This document shows positions 35,530 through 47,757 of a stretch of 47,849 nucleotides of DNA, in pieces. Each line of letters opens with the position of its first letter. The first letter of the stretch is position 1. The notes beneath the pieces are model-generated. The model made no database searches. It saw nothing but the letters and a program-made list of their open reading frames with translations, and had not been told where the DNA came from. Origin of the DNA: Octopus bimaculoides (taxonomy: Eukaryota); the NCBI RefSeq assembly GCF_001194135.2, contig NC_068985.1, positions 34,176,765-34,224,613 on the forward strand. The letters are read 5' to 3'. The translations under genes and the position numbers were made by a program.

Positions 35530-37760
35530 GCGTGTGGGCTTCCATAGTGCTATCCACCTTCACCCGACCTTTTAGGGACAGCTTCCTCTCGGACCATTGC
35601 CGGGCACCCTACTCGTTATCTCATTCCAGTTCTTCTCCGTTTGGAGGTCCGGACCAAACCAGACCCCGAGCAATTCGACCGGATCGTCGGTCCAGCGTCC
35701 CACGATGGATGTGTTGCTGGACACACAGTCTTATTTCGCCAGGTGCCGAGCCGCAAGCCCACTGACTTTTCCCGGTTGATTTTCGCTCCTGTTACCGCTT
35801 CGTGGTCTTTCAGTGTCACGCCGACCAGCTCGATGTGCTTCTGGCTAGACACTATGACGGTGACGTTGTCAGCGTATGCAGATACGCTCGTCCCGCATCC
35901 CAATTCTCGCGGGATGCCCCTCAGTGTCGCCAGCTTCCGAAATAGTGGCTCAAGAGTCAATACGTACAGAAGCGACGAGAGGGGGCATCCCTGATGGACC
36001 GAATGTGCAATGTCGAAAGGTCTCGATAGATGTCCATTCACGCGAATTAACGAACGGATGTCTCTGTACAAGGCAGCTATCTAGCCGCAGAAGACGGGAC
36101 CGAAACCAGCTGCTATGAGGACAGCCTCAAAGTATCGATGGTCTACTCTATCGAAAGCTTTGGATTGATCCAAGTTTATCAGGACTCCACCCATGCCAGG
36201 TTCCTTAACTACCCTGTCTATGATGTAGTGCATCAGATGGAGGTTGTCATAGATGCTCCGGCCCGGCACGGTGCACGTTTGCGCCTTGTCCATCAGTTTC
36301 TCGATGGCAAGCGCCAACCTCTTGGCTACACCTTGGCCAAAATTTTCAAGTCTACATTGAGCAGAGTGATGGGCCTAAAGTTACGTCCCCCTTGTTTGGA
36401 TCTTTCTTCAGCAGCGTTAGGGCTCCTCGGCTCACAAAACCGGGGATGTTCCCATTTTACTGCCAGTTGCAGTACACTGCTCCCAAGACATCTCCAAACA
36501 AGTCTGGCATACAACTGTAAAGCTCTTAGGGCAGACCATCCAAACCCTGCCATTTGTCCCTCGAGCATTCTGGCATCGCGTCCCGCACTTTCGCTGCCGT
36601 GACGGCACCTTCGCAGCACATTGCCTCTCTTGTCAGGACTCGTGGCAGGCTGAGCAGGTAGGCACTGAAGTCCACCCTGCGTTCTCACTCGCCACTCGCC
36701 CCGAACAGTCAGGCAAAATGCTGTTGAAAGGCCTCACACATTTTACTTGGCTCGAGTAATTCGCGCCCCTGTTCATTTACCAGAGACCGAATGGTAGCTT
36801 TGTTGCCCTGTTGCGCCTCCGCCACCCGGGCCTCTCGCACGGCTCCAACACCTTCGTTCCTTATAGCACGCATCCCAGCCCTGACAACACACCCATCGTG
36901 TTTGGTGTTGAAGTGTTGGCCGAGACCGACCTCGCCGCCAAAACGTCGGATGCGATGCCACTTCTAATCGCCTCTTCTTAACTAGATCACCCTCTACTCT
37001 GTTTCTATCTATCGCTAGTGCTTTGCTATACCTAATCGCTTCTGCTTTTATTTCTCTCTTGAAGGCAAACCACCATTTGTTGTTGATGATGGCTCCCGCC
37101 AAAGCCCTCTTTACTAGCGTGCTAATCCGGTGTCTGAAAACCTGTCTCAACGGGAAAGACACGTTTAGTTTCCAGTAACTGGGACCCTGCCTATGTGTCT
37201 TATCTAAGTCTAGCGTACACGTCACAAGTTTGTAATCCGTGTAGCTGACTGTGTGGAATTGTGAACATCCTAAGCTATCTCTATCTACTGTTCTACACAG
37301 TATCCTATCTAGATATGATCTCGACGACCCGATGCGGTTACTCCATGTCCACGTTGGTGCATTCACGTGGTCGAGTCGGTACCTGTCAGACAGTTGAAAG
37401 CGTCTGAGCAGGTCTCTGAGGCATTTGCATCCCCGTCTATTCCTATCTCTGCCCACGTAGTCTAGATGCGTGAACAAGGTAGCATTCCAATCCCCCACTA
37501 AAAGTAAAGGACGAGACGTTCCTAGGAATACTTCTAGACGTCGAAAGAAATCCGACCGACTTGTTAAAGGCAGTGCGTAGACTGATACGAGTCGAAAAGC
37601 GCACCCATTGCTGCCGTCGACATCCAGGACAACCAGTCTACCCTCCTGGTCTACGAATATTGTCTTTACTTCGAGATCCAGACACTTCCGAAAAGTACCG
37701 CCGTGCCACTACCGCCTATTCTCGGCATACAGGGAGAAAATTTTGGAAATTTCGCCCTCA
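35530..37760 (-). mobile_element. Tx1/L1-clade LINE ORF2 pseudogene (APE endonuclease + RT), frameshifted, both ends truncated
   Basis: GDWNA, TW..SYLDRI and WKLN (APE); FRPITLLNVDLKILAK, LDQSKAFDRVDH, QGCPLS and YADN (35865-35876) across ORFs 36773-37498, 36326-36688, 36081-36317 and 35616-36071. Confidence 0.92.
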
Positions 37761-38050
37761 CAGGGGCGAAATTCTATGTAAATATTAATCGAGTTTTGAA
37801 GTGAATGTTGTTGAACAACTTTTAAACACAAAATATTCGACAATAAAAACTTTTAAACATGCAAAAATAGCCAACTTACGTGGAGCCCATTTGACAAACC
37901 TAGTAGTAAATGTAGTGACAATGACAATGCAATTGCTCGCGCTTTCTTTGTGTGTGTCGGAAGCTCTGCAGACAGAGAGGAAGAAAGGGTAAGAATTGCG
38001 TTGTCCATTTCCATTCGGCTGATGCTGTGTTCTCGGTTAGACTGTTGAAA

Positions 38051-38122
38051 ACCGAAGAGATTTGCTCTCAGTTAGCCGGTTAAAAACCGAAGAGATTTGC
38101 TCTCAGTTAGCCGGTTAAAAAC

Positions 38123-38189
<67 letters not shown>
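38051..38189. repeat. Two perfect 35-bp tandem units followed by (GA)n
   Basis: ACCGAAGAGATTTGCTCTCAGTTAGCCGGTTAAAA at 38051 and 38086; (GA)n 38126-38189. Confidence 0.9.
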
Positions 38190-38191
<2 letters not shown>

Positions 38192-38608
38192 GCTCCCAGT
38201 TAGGTTGAAAACTGGAGAGACGAACTTTTCAATCACCTGCCTAAAACAATGGGTTGATTTTTCCATGACACCGAAGGTCTTCGGTTGTCAGGCGTTTCTC
38301 ATTAATCTCCCAGCACACAGAAAAAAACACAAAGGACCAGACATTCGCCTGACAAGCAACAATTGTGAGGATTCGGTTTCGAATCTCAACTAAACAGAGG
38401 AAAACGATCTCTTACAGTTCCTTTCCATTTTGAAGTTTGAATTTTCATTTCCAAAGAAATCAACTTTCTTAACATTTTGAACTTAGTTATTCAATCTCAA
38501 CAGTATTTAACAAAATATAAAGAAAGTAATTCTGATTTAAGCATTCGTTGAGAGTGTGGACTAACTCACTATCGAAAAAAGGGAAATAAAAGTAAAACGG
38601 AAAGATGA

Positions 38609-38894
38609 TGTGGTTTAAAGGCACGAAATAAAGTTGCTCTTACCTCGAGTTGCAATCGAGGAGAACCAGCCAAATCATTCGGTTGTAATCACGTATCGAC
38701 TCTGCTAATTCCTCACTAGCAAGCAGTACTACACCACGACTTTTAGCAGCACACGACCTTCCTTGCCGCAGACCCCCGTAAGAAAGAGGCCGTCTTCAAC
38801 CTCTTGCTCGCCGATGTGATGTCATCCTGTGCCCCTTTCGGTCCCTTCGCGACGTCACTCCCTCTCCCTTTCGGTCATTTACCCTTCCACCACA
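38609..38894 (-). repeat. 3' LTR of Gypsy element (286 bp)
   Basis: Direct repeat of 40984-41252 with TG..CA ends and adjacent PPT. Confidence 0.88.
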
Positions 38895-40983
38895 TGCCCC
38901 CTAATCTAATGATCATTGCACGCCTGTTCTGTTTCGTAATCGTCCATCCATTTGGGTGGGTGGAGTAGCAACGTTCTCTTTGAGATCTCCGCAGGGTGAC
39001 GAGGCTGGCCTCTCCCTCTCCTTCGTCATCGGAAGAGCTAATCCCCCTTCGAATATCCAGGACGTGACAAGGCATACAGTCCACTGATACATTATTCGGA
39101 GTACTGATCGCGGTCACCTTGCCTTTTCCCCCACTACATTGTGCACCGAGCATTTGGGGGCTTCACCCACCTTTCGTCCCCAACCTGCATAGATGCAACC
39201 CCTTCCACCTCTGGCTGCTGCAACACTATGCTTGAGTGTCTCCATTTGTACCAGAATATGGCCCTTTACGGGACGGACTCTTTGGCTTGCCCTGCCCTGG
39301 ATGACATGTTGTACCAGAAGACTGCCTATATTGGGGAGATTCGTCCTCTCTCAGCCATTACTTTAATCGTATGGTGGTGCCGTTCCACAATCCTGTTTCC
39401 ACCGAGCCTTCATGCGGCTCTAAAGAAGCGTCTTGTGCTCCACCTTTCGAGCATTTCCCTCAGCTGCTCTGATCGAAAAACTGTGCTGTATATATGTCCT
39501 CTTTCCAAGAATATCGCATTCAGCGCTTCTGTGACTTCGGCAGCAGTTTCCGCCCTGATCTCTCTCCATACAGCCATACTCCCAGGTCCACAGTCGACCA
39601 TTAAATGTACACCTTTCCCCGATAGTGCGTCACGTCAATGGCTTGCCTCTTCCAGTCTTCCTCTACCGTCCACCACGACACCGTCCACCACCTCATCAAC
39701 TACAATCGCCTGCAGCCTCAACACGGACTCCTGTATCTCCAGATTCACTTCGCTGACACCCCTACATTGACCTCCGTGCCATCCACCGCACTGAGCCTGA
39801 TGTTTCCTCTCCAGCTCTCGACCATTCTTGCAGTTACCAGAGTGGTCATACAACCCGTATCCACGAGGGCTCATGCTTCCGTCACCCCCATCATAAGCCT
39901 CACTACAGGTAACTCCCTGTGATACGCCTTCAATTGGTCGTATGGGGAACTAGTGGCGCAGTAGTTTCCCTCTCTTTCTTTCCCTGCCTGCAGTAATTCG
40001 CTATGCGCCCTCGTTGGCCGCATCGGTAACACACCACCATTGGTTTTGGTTCCGCACATTCCCTGACCATGTCCGGACCTCGACATCTGAAGCATGGTCC
40101 CTTGGCTGTTCGCCTCGCCAGACGCTTGCTCGTTGTTCGCTGCCTGCCTATTCGTTCTGCTTGTAGCCGCTGTCACTGTTGCCGCTACGTTGTGTCAACA
40201 CCCGCGTTTTGTCTGTCATTTCTCCTACTGATATCGTTTCGATGTCTGACATCTGCAACAGACGTAACAAGATATGGTCGGGGAATCCGGTCACAAAAGT
40301 CAGCTTCACTATCCGTTCCATCGCTGCTGTAGTAAACCCTGCTAGGTCCACCGACCTAATCTCGATCACGTAGTCGTCTATCTGATCACTCGTTCATCTT
40401 ATTCTCCCGAGCTTACTGTAGGCTTTAAGAGCCTCCTCTGTGTATGTGTTCAGCGCACTGCTTTCTACAGTAGCATAAGGCTAGTCACATCTTCTATACC
40501 CTTCAGCTTCGCCACGAGTCTCACTTCTTTTTTTATCCAGGCCACCACATCGCTTTCTCTAGTAAACGGTCTCAACACATCACTACTAATTTTGATTTTC
40601 GTGGACATCGCGCGTCGGCGGTCGGAATGGCAGGAGCGCAAAAACGAGGAAGAACAATGGAAAGCAATATATATATATATATATANNNNNNNNNNNNNNN
40701 NNNNNNNNNNNNNNNNNNNNNNNNNNNNNNNNNNNNNNNNNNNNNNNNNNATATATGTAATACAAATAATAAATGAGTATATGCATATATATGTACATGT
40801 ATGTACATACTTACATCTACCTGTATATATAGATGCATATCTGGGTACAGGACATTGCAAACAAAACGTAGACAAATGATAAACAAGTACAGAAAACACA
40901 CAGGCCACATAGAGAACATTTCCTTCATCAGCTGCCATCATTCAACACTGGCACAACTAGTAACGAGGTACCGAAATAACTTG

Positions 40984-41252
40984 TGTGGTTTAAAGGCACG
41001 AAATAAAGTTGCTCTTACCTCGAATTGCAATCGGAGAGAACCAGCTAAATCATTCAGTTGTAATCCCATGTCGACTCTGCCGTTTCCTACGCCATGACTG
41101 TTGGCAGCACACGACCTTCCTCGCCGCAGACCCCCGTAAGAAAGAGGCTGTCTTCAACCTCTCGCTCGCCGACGTGAGGTCATCCCGTATCCCTTTCGGT
41201 CCCTTCGCGACGTCACTTCCTCTCACTTCTGGTCACTTACCTTTCCACCACA
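40984..41252 (-). repeat. 5' LTR of Gypsy element (269 bp)
   Basis: Direct repeat of 38609-38894, 17 bp shorter; no PBS recognised. Confidence 0.88.
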
Positions 41253-42444
41253 GATGAAAAACCGAAACGGAAAGGACGAAGTGGTGCTTCTGTTTCTTTA
41301 TACTATGTAAAAAAAGAAAAGGATGGGTGAGGCCAAGAGTGCAAACAGAGCATTGTGTAAACTGAGGGACACCTACTCTGTACAAAAGATAAAACAAGCA
41401 ATAATCTTACAAGAATGAGGTAAGGTTTAGAAACCTGATCTACAGAAATATTGGTTAATTGCAGTTACTGTATACATTTCTCGTCTTCACATAGGAACTG
41501 CTCAGAAACTTGATCTATGGGAAATGGTGTGTAACCGCAATCACTATATACATTTTTTGTCTTCACACAAGAACTGTTATTTATTCTCTTCTCACAGGTC
41601 TCTTTCTGTTAGAGAGTAAGGAAATACAGTTAAATAGCTGTTCCTGATATCAGCTACTTGCTTGAGTGATTTTGATGGCTTTTGGGATTAAAGTTTATTG
41701 CTAACAGTAGGGTATTCCTTAGGCATACCACTTACTTTATTCAAGATATGTAATACAAACCACAGTTTCCGCTTCCCGTTACAGTCATTGTAATTGTTGT
41801 TGTTTAGTCCCCAAGTTAACTCTAAGTACATAGGCCAATAATCAAATGCAGTGAAATCATGGCCACCCCACTTTTTCAGGCAATGTGTATCCAGGACCAT
41901 GTAATCTAAAATACCTTTTTCTTTTCAGTACAGTCGACTGTGATTTAAGGGAAATCTGGCTGCTATTTGTTGCAGGTCGAACGTACAGCAAATATGGGTT
42001 GACCAGTTTGAGGCAAAAGGGGTCTGATCACGTTTTGATTTTAATAACACTTGGGCACATTGCCGTGTCACTTCGTCGCTATGATGTTAAACAAGTAAAT
42101 TTTAAACGTTTCGAAAGATTTTAATTATTTGAAAATTGGTCTGGACACTGCTTAATCCTGACAATACTCCAGAGTCCCTTTTCCCACTATCAAAAACATT
42201 GCTATAATGTATTCTAGATGTGAATGGAATTACAGTTGAAGACTAAGGAACAGTAGGGAGGATTCTTTTGTCGGGCAGGATTCAGTTTCAAGTCTATAGG
42301 AATCTGCGAAGACGCATTTTAAAAAAAGATAATGAATCTTTAATTCTACGAATTCAGTTTACTGTTTTGATCTCAGTGCTTAATCGGTATATACATGTTG
42401 GGAACCTTGATTCTTTCAGTAAAAATAGAAGAACCAAGGTTCTC

Positions 42445-42730
42445 ACGCTAAGTCTTATTCAGTGAGCTCACTTCAGGAAAAAGACCATGAGTTTACCCTC
42501 TTCGAAGATACAAGGACCAACTCAAAGAAACACTCACAACCACTGGAATTGGGCCTAAATCGTTTGACACAAACCCAAGACCGTACCAAGTGGCGGTGTT
42601 CCGTCACTGTCGGAACCAAAAACTTCGAAGCTTTCAGAAGAAAAAAGGAAGAAATCAAACGGCAGGCTCGATAAAACGACAGGCTCGACAAAACGACAGG
42701 CTCGACAAAACGAAAGGCTCGACAAAATCA
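42445..42730 (+). mobile_element. RTE (BovB-like) LINE 3' ORF fragment ending in 4 x 17-bp repeats (42664-42727)
   Basis: VLFSELTSGKRP..PLRRYKDQLKETL..QDRTKWRCSVTVGTKNFE (frameshifted) is the RTE C-terminal motif; unit AGGCTCGACAAAACGAC. Confidence 0.72.
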
Positions 42731-43645
42731 GCCTCGTCCCCCCACCAGTATTGCTATGCAGTCAATGTCATCGACTCTTCCATGCAAGTATTGGTCTACG
42801 GAGTCATCAACTGCATCACCATAAAGAAAACGTTCAGCAAAGAAGAAAATGAATACTAACATATGAGATAAAGCTGCAGCCGCCAACGACAATATTCATA
42901 TTGGTTTTCGAAGACGATTTGAAACATTCCCGCACTAAAATTTGTCTTACGCAATGATAAAGAAAGTAGAATTATATGGATGCAAACTCTATTTCATCTT
43001 TTCAGTAAAGAGGTGAACCAAAATGCTTAGCTAATATTTCGAAATAGGTTAGTTGTTGGGACTGGGAACTACCGTACTGATACATTCCTTATTTCTGTGG
43101 GGCGGGTGTCATTATTTCGAAAGCCGAATGAGGGGTTAATAAAAGGGAAAATTTGGAGTGATCACAATTACTCTATTGGTTCAAGAGGCATCCACGCATG
43201 CGCGACATGTATTGTTACTTCGGTAGCCGAGGAAAAAATTATTTTTCAGATATTTGGCGGTTATTTCAAGTAAGTCAACTAACCATATTGAGGTCGCCTT
43301 CATTTCTTCTGCTGTTTCAATAACAATCCACGCAGGATTTGTAATTGAAATTTTGAGGAAAAGATTTTGTTTTCAGAATCGCAATCACAATGTTTTCCAT
43401 GTGGAATTCCGGAAAATTTTTCAAAAAAAGTTTTAAAAAAATGTGTGTGTGTGAGTGGTGGTGTCTTTTTTGAGAGGGTTATTTGAGATTTTGAAAAACT
43501 GTTTTTAAGCCAAACTCATAATCTCAGTGGTGGAAAATAAAGGATTCTAAAAAAAATTTTTTTATGTTCTTTAACCCTTTCCACATTCCGATTGTTTATA
43601 CTCACAAATTATCGATACAGATTATCACTACTCCGCTCGTATCCT

Positions 43646-43679
<34 letters not shown>

Positions 43680-43689
43680 GTGTGTGTGC

Positions 43690-43955
43690 GATAGATTGAA
43701 GTTACAATTTTGCATCGTTACGAAAAGATGCTACACTGAATACTAGTAGCTAGTGTGTGATAGTATATACTTGGTGAGAGGAGAACCTGTTATATTTTCT
43801 TGGTTGGCAAGAGATGATCCTTTTATGCGAAGTTGAAGCGGGCATAGCAACCGGCTAACGAACAAAACTTCTGTGAGTCCTCTGGCTTGTGTTTCTTGTG
43901 CATCTCGACTATAATCACGATTTGGTGCGAAATTGTCTGGAATTTTACATTAAAT
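43690..43955. repeat. ~265-bp diverged direct repeat, copy 1 (copy 2 at 45591-45862)
   Basis: Colinear similarity from ATAGATTGAAGT to TGGAATTTTAC with scattered substitutions. Confidence 0.85.
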
Positions 43956-44149
43956 GATATCTGCCAGGATATTTTGCGTGAGTCATCTAGGAGTTAGCCA
44001 TATAGGCTTACTCTGATGCGCGTATGTTATATAATCTGATTGTTACCAAACACTCCATTGTATTCCTAGCGCGAAACCGATTGTTAAGATGTACTGTGAT
44101 GGATATATAATAGTGTACATTTCGTATAATACACACACACACACACACA

Positions 44150-44895
44150 NNNNNNNNNNNNNNNNNNNNNNNNNNNNNNNNNNNNNNNNNNNNNNNNNNN
44201 NNNNNNNNNNNNNNNNNNNNNNNNNNNNNNNNNNNNNNNNNNNNNNNNNNNNNNNNNNNNNNNNNNNNNNNNNNNNNNNNNNNNNNNNNNNNNNNNNNNN
44301 NNNNNNNNNNNNNNNNNNNNNNNNNNNNNNNNNNNNNNNNNNNNNNNNNNNNNNNNNNNNNNNNNNNNNNNNNNNNNNNNNNNNNNNNNNNNNNNNNNNN
44401 NNNNNNNNNNNNNNNNNNNNNNNNNNNNNNNNNNNNNNNNNNNNNNNNNNNNNNNNNNNNNNNNNNNNNNNNNNNNNNNNNNNNNNNNNNNNNNNNNNNN
44501 NNNNNNNNNNNNNNNNNNNNNNNNNNNNNNNNNNNNNNNNNNNNNNNNNNNNNNNNNNNNNNNNNNNNNNNNNNNNNNNNNNNNNNNNNNNNNNNNNNNN
44601 NNNNNNNNNNNNNNNNNNNNNNNNNNNNNNNNNNNNNNNNNNNNNNNNNNNNNNNNNNNNNNNNNNNNNNNNNNNNNNNNNNNNNNNNNNNNNNNNNNNN
44701 NNNNNNNNNNNNNNNNNNNNNNNNNNNNNNNNNNNNNNNNNNNNNNNNNNNNNNNNNNNNNNNNNNNNNNNNNNNNNNNNNNNNNNNNNNNNNNNNNNNN
44801 NNNNNNNNNNNNNNNNNNNNNNNNNNNNNNNNNNNNNNNNNNNNNNNNNNNNNNNNNNNNNNNNNNNNNNNNNNNNNNNNNNNNNNNNNNNNNNN
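44150..44895. other. Assembly gap (others at 17929-18251 and 40687-40750), flanked by microsatellites or tandem repeats
   Basis: Runs of N. Confidence 1.
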
Positions 44896-44919
44896 ATATA
44901 TAGATAGATAGATATGTAA

Positions 44920-45080
44920 CCTCGTGGATATCGTTGGCGATTTTTTCTTCCCCCGTCTTCCCTTCTTTGGACTTTCCTATGTTTCCGACGAAGAGCTCCG
45001 CTCGAAACGTCAGATTCTCTTTCTTTCCTTTCCTGAGCGTCCAGTAACACAATATCTGTATCACGTCCTCGCGTTGTTAT
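44920..45080 (+). mobile_element. Terminal repeat of a second Penelope-like family with a degenerate hammerhead (44981-45015)
   Basis: GTTT CCGACGA A GAGC-TCC-GCTC GAAA CG TC AGAT: same layout as 35191-35236, with a U4C core change. Confidence 0.55.
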
Positions 45081-45369
45081 TTTTTAAATTATTTTTATCG
45101 TTTTTCTTTTTAGAACTTATATATATATATATATATAAATAAATAAATAAATATATTCTTGGGAATAAAAAATGATGGATTTTTTTCCCTTATGAGTTTT
45201 TTCACGCTAGCTTCTTGATAAAATTCTTGTAAAAGATTTTATCCCTATTATTGAATTATATATATATACACTGACGTAGGTTTGCTAGGAGATGTAAGAT
45301 TTGTGTGCTGTTCCAAAATATAATCATTTACAATATTTACAATACTTAGATTTTATTACCATATTTATT

Positions 45370-45579
45370 TACGAGGGGGTGCTGAAAATTTCGTGGCTTT
45401 TGGGTAAAAGAAAATACAAGAGGATCAGTTAATTATGATTTTATTGAACATACTTTCCTTTCAGGTTGATACACTTATTGCAGCAGTCCTTCAGTTTTTC
45501 TGAGCCCTTTAAAAGAACTCGGAAGGTTGGGCCTCCAACCAGGCCTTTCGCGACACACTTAAAGCCAGGAACTTTTCAG
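45370..45579 (+). mobile_element. Mariner-type MITE, right TIR truncated
   Basis: Left TA-CGAGGGGGTGCTGAAAATTTCGTGGCTTT is inverted relative to right AAAGCCAGGAACTTTTCAG. Confidence 0.65.
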
Positions 45580-45590
45580 TAAACCATGGT

Positions 45591-45862
45591 ATAGATTGAA
45601 GTCACAATTGTGTTACGTTACGAAAAGATGTTATGCTGAATACCAGTAGCTAGTGTGTGAGAATGTATACTTGGTGAGAGGGGAAAATGTTATATCTTAG
45701 TGCTTGGTGGGAGATGATCCTTTTATACGAGGTTGGAGCGGACATAGCAATCGGCTCTTCAAGAAAACCTCTGTGAGTCCTCTGGTTTGTATTTCTTGTG
45801 CATCTCGACTTATAACTACGATTTGGTGCGAAACTGCCTGGAATTTTACGTTAATCGTAACA
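45591..45862. repeat. ~265-bp diverged direct repeat, copy 2
   Basis: Matches 43690-43955; contains TGTTACG (45611) .. CGTAACA (45862) inverted ends. Confidence 0.85.
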
Positions 45863-45983
45863 CTTCACAAATGCGCCAGAACAACGACTGGTAGAAATAT
45901 GAGCCAAAGTCACCTGATAAGGACAGTTGCCGTCAAATATGGAAACTTGGTATGCCATATGTATGTGCACTTATGAATGTACA

Positions 45984-46039
<56 letters not shown>

Positions 46040-46044
<5 letters not shown>

Positions 46045-46590
46045 GAAATTTATGGAAAAACGAAAGACGAAGACATGTTATGAACAACAAGCAAGTGTAC
46101 TAGTTTGACGCTCGGGAAAAATGAAAATGTCTTTTACGTTTCAACAGAAAGTAATAAGAGGCAAAAACAGAGAGAGAATGAAACAAAACGTGTAGACTCC
46201 AGTCCGACCCCTCCGCCGCACAGAGAGCTTGGTGTAGGCAGGGTGGAAGGAGAAGTGAATGTAGGAGTGTGAGTCAGGAGTGTGTGTCAGTGGATGGAGG
46301 TTGTGAGAGCGGAGTGGTGTATGCTGATAGAAATATCGAGAAATTAGATGGAAGAGTTAGAGAATGTAAGAGAATTCGAGGGCAAGATGGAAGGATTGGA
46401 CAAAAGAGAGGAAGGAGTCAATTTGTTCGCGGGAGAGTGAAGTCATGTTAATACAGTCATAGATATAACGACCGTATAGTTCGGGAGTGGGACCAGTGAA
46501 TTCTGAGAATATTTGGGCCTTAAGAAGTCCTTCGTTGTGTGGGATCACACTATATAAAGTTTTGATATCAAGAATGAACAGAAATTTCTG
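46040..46590 (-). mobile_element. Internally deleted Penelope-like RT relic with terminal repeat
   Basis: FLFILDIKTLYSVIPHNEGL and YGRYIYDC..SFHLALEF (decayed Penelope RT motifs, YIDD to YIYD), juxtaposed by a deletion; tail carries CTGTTGAAACGTA. Confidence 0.7.
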
Positions 46591-46767
46591 TACAGTTCTA
46601 TATCTAAGAGATGAGGAATTATGTACATTATTTACATTATTTATATTAGTCCTCATCTTGCTTGTTGTTAACACAACATTTCGGCTGATGTACCGGCCAG
46701 CCTTCATCAAGTGTCTTGGGAGAATTTCGAACCTGGGTTCACATTCCTAAGGTATTTTTCGATGTTG

Positions 46768-46812
<45 letters not shown>

Positions 46813-47757
46813 GAATCGAACTCGGAATCTTGGAGTTAGTAGCGTGCTATTAACCACTACGTCGTATGCCTGTGGGCAATTATGGAGTGAATTTTAGGGC
46901 TTATAAATCTAATATTTTTATAGCCTTCCTTAATACAGGTTCCCATATGCTATTCGTATCTGCACTCGGTCTGCTTAGGAGGTTGTTGTGTCCTAGCATA
47001 TGTGCTGCTTCTTTTAGTTTTCGTATTTTCCAGTGGTGTTCTCTGTCTATTATTTTAACTTCATCCCACAGGGGAAGGTGGTCTCCATTTTTCCATACAT
47101 GATCAGCTATACCCGATTTATCAATATCTCCTCGTGTCACAGATTTGCGATGTTCGTCTACCCTTATTTTGAGGGGGCGACATTTTTCGCCTTTGTATAA
47201 CCTACCACAGCTGCATGGGATGGAGTACACGCAGTCTTTGGTCATATTCTTTTGTATTGGTGGTTTTACTCGAAGGAGATATTTACGAAGTGTTGTATTA
47301 CTCTTGAATACTGTCCTGATGTCATATGGGCCGCATATCTTTTGTATTTTTCGGAGAGGCCTTTCATATAGGGTAGACAAACTGTGGACAGTTTATCGGT
47401 TTCATCCTCTCTTTTCTGCATAATTGGAGTGGATAGTATATTTTGGGGTAGTTGTTACTTAATAGATTGTTACTTAGCTTCAGCATTTCTTCGTGGTGGG
47501 TATCACGATCGCTACATATAATCTTTGTTCGATGTTTCAGGCACTGAGCAATCCCTCTCTTTACATTGTATGGACGGTGGGAATTGAAGTTGAGATATCG
47601 TCCAGTGAAGGTCGGTTTGCTGTATACGGATGTCCTGAATCCATACTTGGTGCTTTTTATTAACGTCCAGGAATGCTAGCTGATTGTCTTTTTCCTTTTC
47701 TGAACTGTATAGATGGCTTTATTGAGTTCACATGATCTAACAGCACTTGGACATCTT

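Larger units (their letters stand above)
38609..41252 (-). mobile_element. Ty3/Gypsy-type LTR retrotransposon, defective: gag (two CCHC knuckles), protease, integrase; RT-RNaseH absent
   Basis: LTRs 38609-38894 and 40984-41252, both TGTGGT..ACCACA; TSD GATGA at 38604-38608 and 41253-41257; PPT-like AGATTAGGGGGCA at 38907-38895. gag ATG ~40608; ALVDTGC protease motif ~39850-39870; AIDVTHY..MVDCGPG..IVERHHHTIK integrase core ~39670-39350. Confidence 0.9.

Noticed and set aside
40920-40940. CTGATGA cores here (minus) and at ~4265, ~7340, ~12050, ~22350, ~26675 and ~27194 as hammerheads
   Set aside because: No stem II closed by GAAA plus NUH and stem I.
40940-40983. Primer-binding site of the Gypsy element
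   Set aside because: No TGG-starting tRNA-complementary sequence recognised; the region appears replaced by an insert.
44043-45064. Long ORFs spanning N gaps (also 17843-18310 and 40465-40941)
   Set aside because: Length comes from runs of X.
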